A DNA stretch of 32,000 nt, taken from positions 540,001-572,000 of the forward strand of contig NC_003450.3 of NCBI RefSeq assembly GCF_000011325.1, in the 5' to 3' direction. The stretch comes from Corynebacterium glutamicum ATCC 13032 (lineage in GTDB: Bacteria > Actinomycetota > Actinomycetes > Mycobacteriales > Mycobacteriaceae). The notes below the pieces were generated by a model, which was not told where the DNA came from, did no database searches, and worked only from the letters and a program-made list of their open reading frames with translations. The position numbers and the translations under genes are program-made. This document shows, piece after piece, positions 8,184-16,288 of this stretch; the first letter of the stretch is position 1; every line of letters begins with the position of its first letter.

Positions 8184-8990
8184 TTAGACCCGAGGCACCC
8201 CGGCCTCCCCGAAGTCACGCTCGACGCCGAAAGCGGCGCGGCGGCTGGCGCGTCGTAAAGCACCTAAAACGGGTTTGGCTGTGAGCAGTAATAGCACTGA
8301 GGTGAAGAAGGCGCGGCCGAGATCCCAACCCATGGATGTGGTGAGGCAGAACAGCATGAAGGTGTGGAGGTTTTCCAGGACGGGCGCGCCGGGTGTGAAG
8401 GAAAGCCCGCTGGTGACACCGATGGCGTAGGGCCAGAAGCTCATGTTCATCATGGTTCCGTAGCCGAGTGAAGAGACGATGGCGTATAGGACGATGATGA
8501 GCATTTCCTTTTTGCCGCGTACTTGGGGGAGTAGGCCGGCGCCGAAGCTGACCCAGGCGGCTGCGAGCATTTGGTAGGGGAGCCACGGTCCGATTCCTGC
8601 GGTGAGCAGCGCGGATGCGAACAGTCCGGTGTTGCCGAGGATGAATCCGAAGCCGGGTCCGAAGGCTCGTCCGCCGAGGATGAGGACAAAGAAGACTGCT
8701 TCAAAGCCTGCTGCGCCGGCACCGAATGGTCGGACTACGGCAACCATGGCGGTGAGGACGCCGAGCATGGCTACGGCTTTAACGTCGAATCCGTTTTCAC
8801 TGATTTCGGCGATGACAGCGGCCAGCACGAGGGGAATGACGATCGCGATGTAGAGGGGCGCTTGGGCTTTGTCGGACAGGAAGGATTCCGGGTTGACGAT
8901 CAGCGGCCAGAAGAAAATCACGATGCTCAAAACCGCAAGGAAGCTTAAGGTGAGGAAGGTTTTGGGCTTGAGTGTGATGGCGTTGATCAT
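8184..8990 (-). CDS. Polytopic membrane protein, putative substrate (S) component of the ECF-type transporter
   Basis: 268-aa, Gly/Ala-rich ORF with 6 or more predicted TM segments. Its start overlaps the ATPase stop (ATGA at 8987-8990). It is the last gene of the riboswitch operon. No direct family recognition. Confidence 0.65.
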   Translation of the reverse strand: MINAITLKPKTFLTLSFLAVLSIVIFFWPLIVNPESFLSDKAQAPLYIAIVIPLVLAAVIAEISENGFDVKAVAMLGVLTAMVAVVRPFGAGAAGFEAVFFVLILGGRAFGPGFGFILGNTGLFASALLTAGIGPWLPYQMLAAAWVSFGAGLLPQVRGKKEMLIIVLYAIVSSLGYGTMMNMSFWPYAIGVTSGLSFTPGAPVLENLHTFMLFCLTTSMGWDLGRAFFTSVLLLLTAKPVLGALRRASRRAAFGVERDFGEAGVPRV

Positions 8991-10696
8991 GAGATTTCAC
9001 CATGCCCTAGCGCAGCTTTCACGGCCGAGACTGTGAGCCAGTGTGATTCCTCTTGGATGCCGGCGGTGATTTTTGCGACTTGTGGGGCGTAAGCCGGTGA
9101 TGCGGGGAGGATTTCTACGGCTGTGCCATCGGAGATGATCTTTCCAGAGGCCATAAACAACACTCGGTCGGCGCACAGTGCAGAGAATTCCACGTCGTGG
9201 GTGACCACCAAAATGGCGTGGCCGTCGTCTGCGAGTTGTTGGAAGGAGCGGGCGAGGGATTTCTTGCCGTCGTAGTCTAGGCCGCGGGTGGGTTCGTCGA
9301 AAAATACCACGCGGGGTTTTGCGGCGAGTTGGATGGACAGCGCGAGGGAGAGCTTTTGGCCTTCTGATAGATCACGTGGGTGGAGATGGTCCGGGATATT
9401 CGGGACCAGTGAATCCAGGATTTCCCGCGTGGTGCCGGCGGGTGCTGCGGCATCTTTATCAGAGCGTGCGAGCTCTGCATGCACGGTTGATTCATACAAA
9501 ATATCGGTCGGTGTTTGCGGAACCATGGACACAAGATTGCGCCGCTTGGCGGGCTTTAAAGTTTTGGGGTCTGTCCACGAAAATCCCGCGGCCTCATCAA
9601 GCACCTGCACCGAGCCCTGATTTCTAGTCCCTGAACCTTGTAAAGCCCACAGCAGGGATGATTTTCCGCAGCCGTTTCGGCCCATGAGCACGGTAATTTC
9701 ACCGGAGTTGAGATTCAAGTTCACGCCGTCAACGGCACGGATTTCGGGGAAATCAACCATGATATCTTCGGCGATCAAAAGTGGCTGGACAGCGTGGTTG
9801 TGTAATTTGTTCACCACTAAACCACGCTGATACAGGCGTTTGCGCATGTCAGCGGAGTGTGCGCGTGCATCGCGGATCGATAGCGGTAGGGGAGCCCAGC
9901 CAGCCCAGCGTCCTAATTCCACAATGGGTGGTGCCACATCAGAATCAGCCATGATTTCTTCCGGCGTCCCAACAGTGACGTGCCCATCAGCGCCCACATG
10001 CGCCACGCGGTCCACGTACTGCAGTACGCGCTCGATGCGGTGTTCAGCAAGCACTACGGTCATCGCCAAGTCATGAGCCAGCTTGGTTACGGTTGCCAGC
10101 ACATCCTCGGCACCATTAGGGTCCAAAGCGCTGGTTGGTTCATCCAAGATAATCAGCGCGGGGCGAGTGGTCAGCACCGCGCCAATCGCCACGCGCTGCT
10201 GCTCACCACCAGATAGTTCCGCCAATGGCACGTATCGCAGCTCCGCGATGCCTAAAAGATCAAGGGTTTCCTCTACGCGCTTGCGCATGACCGCAGGTGG
10301 GAGCCCTAATTGCTCCATGCTGTAGGCAAGTTCTTCTTCAACCGTGTTGGTGATAAAACTTGCCGCCGGATCTTGCCCAACGACGCCGACCACGTCGGAA
10401 AGCATGCGTGGTGGGAAATCACGCGTATCCCGGCCGACCACGCGCACGCGCCCATCAAGTCGGCCGCCGGTCGCATGCGGCATCGCGCCGGACATCGCGT
10501 TCAGCAGCGTCGATTTGCCGGAGCCGGTGCGCCCCACAACCAGCAGGATTTCGCCTTCAAAAAGCGTCAGATTCACGTCGCTGATCTGCGGCGCCGCCAG
10601 CGTGCGCTCATCGTCATAATACGAGGCAGCGACGCTTTCCAGTTCCAGCACGGGGTCCGTCGACCACGCAGTGCGCGCGCTAAAAGGAGCACTCAT
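8987..10696 (-). CDS. Fused double ABC ATPase (ECF A-A' type, CbiO-like)
   Basis: Two ABC cassettes: Walker A GRTGSGKST and GRNGCGKSS; signatures LSGGEQQRV and LSEGQKLSL (degenerate); Walker B LILDEPTSALD and VFFDEPTRGLD. Confidence 0.93.
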   Translation of the reverse strand: MSAPFSARTAWSTDPVLELESVAASYYDDERTLAAPQISDVNLTLFEGEILLVVGRTGSGKSTLLNAMSGAMPHATGGRLDGRVRVVGRDTRDFPPRMLSDVVGVVGQDPAASFITNTVEEELAYSMEQLGLPPAVMRKRVEETLDLLGIAELRYVPLAELSGGEQQRVAIGAVLTTRPALIILDEPTSALDPNGAEDVLATVTKLAHDLAMTVVLAEHRIERVLQYVDRVAHVGADGHVTVGTPEEIMADSDVAPPIVELGRWAGWAPLPLSIRDARAHSADMRKRLYQRGLVVNKLHNHAVQPLLIAEDIMVDFPEIRAVDGVNLNLNSGEITVLMGRNGCGKSSLLWALQGSGTRNQGSVQVLDEAAGFSWTDPKTLKPAKRRNLVSMVPQTPTDILYESTVHAELARSDKDAAAPAGTTREILDSLVPNIPDHLHPRDLSEGQKLSLALSIQLAAKPRVVFFDEPTRGLDYDGKKSLARSFQQLADDGHAILVVTHDVEFSALCADRVLFMASGKIISDGTAVEILPASPAYAPQVAKITAGIQEESHWLTVSAVKAALGHGEIS

Positions 10697-11844
10697 TAAA
10701 CTTCGGCCCTTTCTGGGCTATTTATTGCTTTTCGACGCTTGACCCTCACTTTGTTCTTCGGCAAGCGGGGCGTCAAGAATCCTGGCATCGTCGCCACAAC
10801 AAGTCCTGCCACAACGAGCAACGGAACGGTGTCTGGCATATGCAAAGGAACCCAGGTGGTGATCATGGAACCTGGATCAAGGTATCGTGTCAGCGCAGCC
10901 ATGAGCAGCGGAATCACACCTGTGATGCACACAAGCCATTCCGCAGCACCCCAAGGCAACTGATCAAAAGTGGTGGATGTTTTTCTATGTGAAGCAACGA
11001 CCAACGAAATGATCAAGAAGCCCACGCCGGTAATAAACACCGGAACGGCAACGAACATCGGTGATGATGCATCTAAGACCACAAACAGACCAACGGTCAC
11101 GCCGAGTATTCCGAATGCACCAAAAATAGAGGTCACACGCTGTTGGAATTTGGATACATGAGCCTGCCTGCCATAACCACGGGCATCCATGGAATTAGCC
11201 AGGGCCAAAGACCTATCCAAAGTGTCCTGGAAAACCGGCATCAAAATCCGCGCGAAACCACGAACACCTTTGGCATCATCACCACGCAAGGTTCGTGCAC
11301 GATTAATGCGGAACGCCGACTCAGCCATCTGAGGTGCAATGGAAATACCGATGACCACCGCAGTTCCCAGTTCGCCCAATGCGCCAGGCAACGATTTGAG
11401 CAGCTTCTTGGGATCCGCCAAAGAGTTCGCAGCACCCACCGCCACGATCATCGTTCCAAGCGTTAAGCCTTGCGTCGTCGCGATGATCAGACCCTCGAGA
11501 TACACCGTGCCAAACACGTGGATACCCGCAGCCCATTCCGGCAACTGCACCGGCGGGATCCGAAACAGTTCAATGGTGCCAATTTTTGCTCCCACCACAA
11601 TGTGCATGACCAACCGGTACACCACGAGCCAACCCGCGATCATCAAATAGATCGGGAAAGCACGCGACCACGGCGATGACCCACGACGGTTAAACACCAC
11701 AAAACACAACGTGGCAAAAGTGAGCGCCAAAATATAAGGATTGTTGGTCATGCTGGCACAACCAGCAATACCCAACGCCCACACCCACCACGCCCAGGGA
11801 TGAACCATCCGCCGGGACAGCACATATCGCTCAATCCATTTCAC
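10696..11844 (-). CDS. ECF transporter T component (CbiQ/EcfT family) with an extra C-terminal membrane domain
   Basis: Both coupling-helix Ala-Arg-Gly type motifs are present (INRARTLRG and SMDARGYG). At 382 aa it is longer than I recall for EcfT proteins. About 4 additional hydrophobic segments follow the second motif. There is a 1-nt overlap with the ATPase start. Confidence 0.85.
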   Translation of the reverse strand: MKWIERYVLSRRMVHPWAWWVWALGIAGCASMTNNPYILALTFATLCFVVFNRRGSSPWSRAFPIYLMIAGWLVVYRLVMHIVVGAKIGTIELFRIPPVQLPEWAAGIHVFGTVYLEGLIIATTQGLTLGTMIVAVGAANSLADPKKLLKSLPGALGELGTAVVIGISIAPQMAESAFRINRARTLRGDDAKGVRGFARILMPVFQDTLDRSLALANSMDARGYGRQAHVSKFQQRVTSIFGAFGILGVTVGLFVVLDASSPMFVAVPVFITGVGFLIISLVVASHRKTSTTFDQLPWGAAEWLVCITGVIPLLMAALTRYLDPGSMITTWVPLHMPDTVPLLVVAGLVVATMPGFLTPRLPKNKVRVKRRKAINSPERAEV

Positions 11845-11850
11845 GAAGCT

Positions 11851-12927
11851 TTAACCCTGGACCTCTGAACGACGAATCGCCCACGCCGCCACAGCAGACG
11901 CTGAAACCAAGGAAATGACAGCCAGTGTGAGTCCAATGATCCATCCCTGAGCAGAAGAATCCACCGTGCCTGTGGCGTACGTCTGCTGCGTCGAACCCTC
12001 AGCCATGACGTCTCCATCTTGGCCCGCAGGCGCCATAAGAACCTGCGTGGTCATCGGATCAACTTCAGGAGCTTCTGCCACCGCTGTTGCCTGCGGTTGG
12101 CTATTTGCTTCACCAGCCCCAGCTGGGGCTTGGACAGCAGCAGTGGTCTTAGCGGCTGCTGCAGCAACCAAGTTCTCGTACTGACCTTTAGTAATCGAGT
12201 TTCCTTCAGAATCCTGATACACCAATACCTCATTAGGGTTCTCAGGGTTTACCTCAGCAGTGGGTTCAGCTGCTTGTCCTCTTGCCGAACCAGCTCCAGC
12301 CCCTGCGATAGGAGCTTCAGTAGTTTCAGTGGGCTCTTCGTCACCCCCTAAATCGGCGATAGGGGACTCGGAGGTTGGGGTTGTGGTGATGAAATCATTT
12401 GGATCAAAATCAATTTTGTAATCCGGATCCGCGGAGTCTAACCCCAACTCCGCCTGAGATTTACTCACCGGGATCGCGCCGGGACGATCAGTATCTCCCC
12501 AATACCACGCTTCAACAGTGCCGGGTTTGGGGTAGTAGAGGAAAGCTCCAAGGTTGCTGTATTCCCATTCATCTCCGCCGAGGGGAGCATGCCAATAAGA
12601 CCAATAAGCTTCAGCAGGTGATGCGGTCATGCAATCGTCCACATCAGGACCTGGGAAATCATTGATTCGGCACAAGAATTCTGGAAACTGAACGGTGGTT
12701 TCCACATCAAATCCGGCATCAAGAAGCGTTTGATAGCCATTTCCGCCGGCGTCAGCACAGCCGATGGTGTTGCCCTCAACCATCACTGTCACTTGGTCGT
12801 CTTCACAAGGCGTGGTCAAGGCGTGCGCAGAAGGAACCCATGGCGATATGGCAAGAACAATCCATAGTGCGACTGCAGCTGCAAAAGACTTCAGCGACAG
12901 GTGAAAAGTTGAGGTTCGAGACATCAC
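11851..12927 (-). CDS. Secreted, C-terminally anchored DUF4430-like (transcobalamin beta-domain-like) protein with a long acidic/Pro-Ala-Thr linker
   Basis: Signal peptide ...AAVALWIVLAISPWVPSAHA. N-terminal domain with C.DDQVTVMV, AGF, YWSYW and GTVEAWYWG. Low-complexity linker, then C-terminal TM WIIGLTLAVISLVSASAVAAWAIRR. The start is GTG 12927 or, more likely, ATG 12924 (GAGAAG 7 nt upstream). Confidence 0.75.
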   Translation of the reverse strand: MMSRTSTFHLSLKSFAAAVALWIVLAISPWVPSAHALTTPCEDDQVTVMVEGNTIGCADAGGNGYQTLLDAGFDVETTVQFPEFLCRINDFPGPDVDDCMTASPAEAYWSYWHAPLGGDEWEYSNLGAFLYYPKPGTVEAWYWGDTDRPGAIPVSKSQAELGLDSADPDYKIDFDPNDFITTTPTSESPIADLGGDEEPTETTEAPIAGAGAGSARGQAAEPTAEVNPENPNEVLVYQDSEGNSITKGQYENLVAAAAAKTTAAVQAPAGAGEANSQPQATAVAEAPEVDPMTTQVLMAPAGQDGDVMAEGSTQQTYATGTVDSSAQGWIIGLTLAVISLVSASAVAAWAIRRSEVQG

Positions 12928-12944
12928 TGTACTTCTCTCAGATG

Positions 12945-14129
12945 TTAAAACTGCAGGTTAGCCATCATTGGTCCCATGACACCAGCGATGGCGGCAAGGA
13001 TGGCCAAGATGGCGATGATAATTCCAGCGCCGCCAATTCCACCGGTGGATCCCTCTGAATCAGCTGGGGGAGTTGGAATTTCTGGATCTGGAGTTGGATC
13101 TACTGGGTTCGCAATGGTGATCAGTTTATCGTTGGCGTAGTTACCGCCTGCAAAACCTAATGCTGCTTGGCCAGTTGCGCGTCGAATCTGATCGCTAATC
13201 GCAGTGTTGGTTTCCTTAGCCTTCACGGTGAAAGCAAAGCCACCCTGAATCGATGGGTCTGCATCTTCGCCAAATTGAACAGATGCCAGGTATTCACGAG
13301 CCTTGAGGTAGTTTTCCTCATCGCCCGCAAGAGCAAAAGCGGATCCGACAATTCCCGTGGAGTTGGAATTCACACCGGTCCAAGTATTTTTGACACCACC
13401 GGTCTCATCCATCGTGGTGACGAGGTAATCGAGAGTGGCTTGTGTGGTTGGATCCTGCGCACCATTTGCCAGAGTCAAAGCCTGTGCAGCCATTGCAGTG
13501 ACATCGGAATCCGTGGTTTTGCATGTAGGTTCGATTGCTGAGGCTAATTGGACACCACCGTCGGAGCACACTTGAGTTTTAAGGAATTCTGTTGCGCGCT
13601 CGGCTGCTTCGGTTTCACCGACGCGGTGCAGAGCTAGAACGCCCCAGGCCTGGCTGAAGTTATTAATTGCAGTTGTGGCTTCACCATTATCTAAGTTTTT
13701 GATCTGACCGTTTTCTTGAACAGCGCTGACAAGTTGCGCGATAAAATCAGCATCTCTGACGCCGAGGGCATCTTGGAAAGCTACGGTCTTGGCTAGACGA
13801 TCGCTGAAGATGTAGTCAGAAACTGAGACATAGCCCTCGAGCTCCGGAGCAATTGCAGCATATGCAGCGTCGATCTCTGGAGAATCAGGGGCAAGCGCAT
13901 TTAGGGACAGCAACAGATCCTGATTGAGCCCAATATCTGGAGTACCTACAGGCCCAGGGATGAGGCCATTCGTTGCAAATTCTTTTTCGATGAATTGGGT
14001 AGCTAATTGAATATCCGATGATGCATCCTGTGCAGCAACGACCTGTGGAGCCAACAGGGAAACACCGGTTGCTAAAGCCACGGTTGCAGCAGACCAGCGA
14101 ATGGTTCTCTTCCCACGTAGATGAGCCAT
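12945..14129 (-). CDS. Secreted, C-terminally anchored alpha/alpha-barrel (prenyltransferase/terpenoid-cyclase-repeat-like) protein
   Basis: Signal peptide ...TVALATGVSLLAPQVVAAQD. Recurring helical-hairpin motifs (QENGQIKN, CSDGGVQL, DETGGVKNTW, SIQGGFAF). Pro-rich stalk, then TM IIIAILAILAAIAGVMGPMM. It is the first gene after riboswitch copy 2. The fold assignment is an inference. Confidence 0.65.
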   Translation of the reverse strand: MAHLRGKRTIRWSAATVALATGVSLLAPQVVAAQDASSDIQLATQFIEKEFATNGLIPGPVGTPDIGLNQDLLLSLNALAPDSPEIDAAYAAIAPELEGYVSVSDYIFSDRLAKTVAFQDALGVRDADFIAQLVSAVQENGQIKNLDNGEATTAINNFSQAWGVLALHRVGETEAAERATEFLKTQVCSDGGVQLASAIEPTCKTTDSDVTAMAAQALTLANGAQDPTTQATLDYLVTTMDETGGVKNTWTGVNSNSTGIVGSAFALAGDEENYLKAREYLASVQFGEDADPSIQGGFAFTVKAKETNTAISDQIRRATGQAALGFAGGNYANDKLITIANPVDPTPDPEIPTPPADSEGSTGGIGGAGIIIAILAILAAIAGVMGPMMANLQF

Positions 14130-14234
14130 GAAAACATGTCCTTAAAATGAATTGGAGAAATGTTCTGACCCCGCTTTAAGGCACACATTACTGCGCTTCA
14201 ATACGGGCTTCAGAACCGTAATCCTCGACGGTTT

Positions 14235-14400
14235 GGAGCCACTCATTTCTTATTCAGGTGATCCGGCTTAATGCAATACCTGGTGAAAGCGATTGCATAA
14301 TACGGTTGCGGGTCAGCTTCGGGTTCTCACCGAAATTCCCCTGAAAAAGAACGGATGGTGTCCTACACCATAAAATCACCATCGGTGCTGGTCAAATGAA
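14235..14400 (-). promoter_or_regulatory. Cobalamin (B12) riboswitch-like leader, copy 2
   Basis: On the minus strand, 14340-14301 reads GGGAATTTCGGTGAGAACCCGAAGCTGACCCGCAACCGTA, the conserved aptamer core. A short P6-like hairpin follows (tgcaat...attgca). The B12 box AAGCCGGATCACCTG lies at 14269-14255. The leader continues to ATG 14129. Confidence 0.85.
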
Positions 14401-14448
14401 AGCCCCCGTAGGGGTGGCAGGGAAAATGTAAGTTCTTGCGAAGATTTT

Positions 14449-14973
14449 TTAAGAATCTGTGGCTATCCAATAGCGTCGCATTCCACGGATCGTGGATTCA
14501 TAAACTCCACCGCACTTTTCGATGACGTTCCTGGACGCTTCGTTATCTCCTGCGACGCACAGCAAAACCTTGTCGATGCCCAAGGCCTGAGCTTCATGAA
14601 CACCGAGTTTCAGCGCTGCGGTTGCAGCACCTTTTCGACGCGCAGACGGGCGCACGCCGTAACCAATGTGGCCCGCGACTTCCAGGAGATGTTGGTTCAG
14701 CTCGTGCCTTAAAGCTAAGAATCCGACAAGAACATCGTCATCATCAACGATCCAGAAATAGCTGCAGTGCACAAAACCTTCCGGTGGTGGAACCGAAGGA
14801 TCGGCCGCGTCAGTGCGCTCCTTGAGGTAGTGGTGAAATCCTGCTTCGGAATAGTCGATGGGAAGATAGTTCTCGAAATAACCCGAGCCGTGGATGGGGC
14901 CTGATCCGAATTCTTCCAAAGCCTCTTTCCACATGGCGTGGCCTGACAAATGCGGTGAGATTAATTTGTACAT
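14449..14973 (-). CDS. GNAT-family N-acetyltransferase
   Basis: 174-aa ORF with acetyl-CoA binding motif A (VRPSARRKGAATAAL) and the typical GNAT beta-strand pattern (FWIVDDDDVLVGFLALRH). Confidence 0.85.
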   Translation of the reverse strand: MYKLISPHLSGHAMWKEALEEFGSGPIHGSGYFENYLPIDYSEAGFHHYLKERTDAADPSVPPPEGFVHCSYFWIVDDDDVLVGFLALRHELNQHLLEVAGHIGYGVRPSARRKGAATAALKLGVHEAQALGIDKVLLCVAGDNEASRNVIEKCGGVYESTIRGMRRYWIATDS

Positions 14974-15330
14974 CGGGCCAGGTTAGCAGCGCTAACCGTG
15001 CCCCGCGTGGGGCACGCGGGGGAGGGCTGATGGAGGGCGGCGTCGATAAGCGTGCTAGGAAGTTTGTGTTTTAGTGTTCACTTGCTGTACTCTGTCCGTT
15101 TGGACTTTGCACCAGAAAACTCTATAGAGCACAACGGTGTTTTAAAGATCCATGTAAACGTAAACACCTACTTTGTTGTAGGCCCCCCGCCATGAATGGC
15201 GATCCGTGTGGGAAATGGTAGCGAGCAAACCGACTATTGAGTTCGGTGAGCGTTGAGTGGCCAGAAAACACACGGTTAACGTCCAAGGTGGGAAGGGAAC
15301 CCCAACGAGAAAGGCATCAGGTCGTCTCTA

Positions 15331-15729
15331 ATGACAATGACTGATCCAATCGCCGACATGCTGTCGCGCGTGCGCAATGCTAGCAATGCGCACCACGACA
15401 CCGTGTCCATGCCATCCTCCAAGATCAAGGCAAACATCGCCGAGATCTTGAAGCAGGAAGGCTACATCGCTAACTACACCGTTGAGGATGCAAAGGTCGG
15501 CAAGACCCTGTCCCTCGAGCTGAAGTACAGCAACACCCGTGAGCGCTCCATCGCTGGTCTGCGCCGCGTTTCCAAGCCTGGTCTGCGTGTATACGCTAAG
15601 TCCACCAATCTGCCACAGGTTCTGGGCGGCCTTGGCGTGGCTATCATTTCCACGTCACAGGGCCTCCTGACCGACCGTCAGGCTACCGAGAAGGGCGTAG
15701 GCGGAGAAGTCCTCGCCTACGTCTGGTAA
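15331..15729 (+). CDS. rpsH: 30S ribosomal protein S8
   Basis: 132-aa [20 protein letters not shown]...GGEVLAYVW, canonical S8. Confidence 0.97.
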   Translation: MTMTDPIADMLSRVRNASNAHHDTVSMPSSKIKANIAEILKQEGYIANYTVEDAKVGKTLSLELKYSNTRERSIAGLRRVSKPGLRVYAKSTNLPQVLGGLGVAIISTSQGLLTDRQATEKGVGGEVLAYVW

Positions 15730-15748
15730 TAGGGAGGATTGACTAAAT

Positions 15749-16285
15749 ATGTCACGTATCGGAAAAGAACCGATCACCATCCCATCCGGTGTCGAAACCA
15801 AGATTGACGGACAGCTCGTTGAGGTTAAGGGTCCTAAGGGCACCCTGAACGTTAACGTTCCAGAGCCAATCTCCGTTGCAGTGGAAGACGGCAAGATTGT
15901 CGTCACCCGCCCGGATGATCACCGCACTAACCGTTCCCTCCACGGTCTCTCCCGCTCCCTGGTTAACAACCTGGTTGTCGGCGTCACCGAGGGCTACACC
16001 ATCAAGATGGAAATCTTCGGTGTCGGTTACCGTGTCGCGCTGAAGGGCAAGGACCTTGAGTTCTCCCTCGGCTACTCACACCCAGTTCTGATTGAAGCTT
16101 CTGAAGGCATCACTTTCGCAGTTGATGGCAACACCAAGCTTTCAGTTTCTGGCATCGACAAGCAGAAGGTTGGACAGGTCGCAGCAGTGATCCGCCGCCT
16201 GCGTAAGGACGATCCTTACAAGGGTAAGGGCATCCGCTACGAGGGTGAGCAGATCCGCCGCAAGGTCGGAAAGACGGGTAAGTAA
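15749..16285 (+). CDS. rplF: 50S ribosomal protein L6
   Basis: 178-aa [18 protein letters not shown]...GYSHPV...[10 protein letters not shown], canonical L6. Confidence 0.97.
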   Translation: MSRIGKEPITIPSGVETKIDGQLVEVKGPKGTLNVNVPEPISVAVEDGKIVVTRPDDHRTNRSLHGLSRSLVNNLVVGVTEGYTIKMEIFGVGYRVALKGKDLEFSLGYSHPVLIEASEGITFAVDGNTKLSVSGIDKQKVGQVAAVIRRLRKDDPYKGKGIRYEGEQIRRKVGKTGK

Positions 16286-16288
16286 GCA

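Noticed and set aside
8215-10699. There are many overlapping 60-130-aa ORFs on both strands inside the ECF genes, for example 8215-8586, 8571-8948 and 10310-10699.
   Set aside because: Their translations are Arg/Pro/Ser-rich, typical of off-frame reading of GC-rich coding DNA. The real frames carry clear Walker, signature and TM motifs.
14401-14448. A short GC hairpin (cccc-tac-gggg region) lies after the GNAT stop and could be a terminator.
   Set aside because: The stem is only 4-5 bp and the flank is ambiguous. The segment must also host the promoter for riboswitch copy 2 (possible -10 TACATT at 14430-14425), so I cannot assign it confidently.
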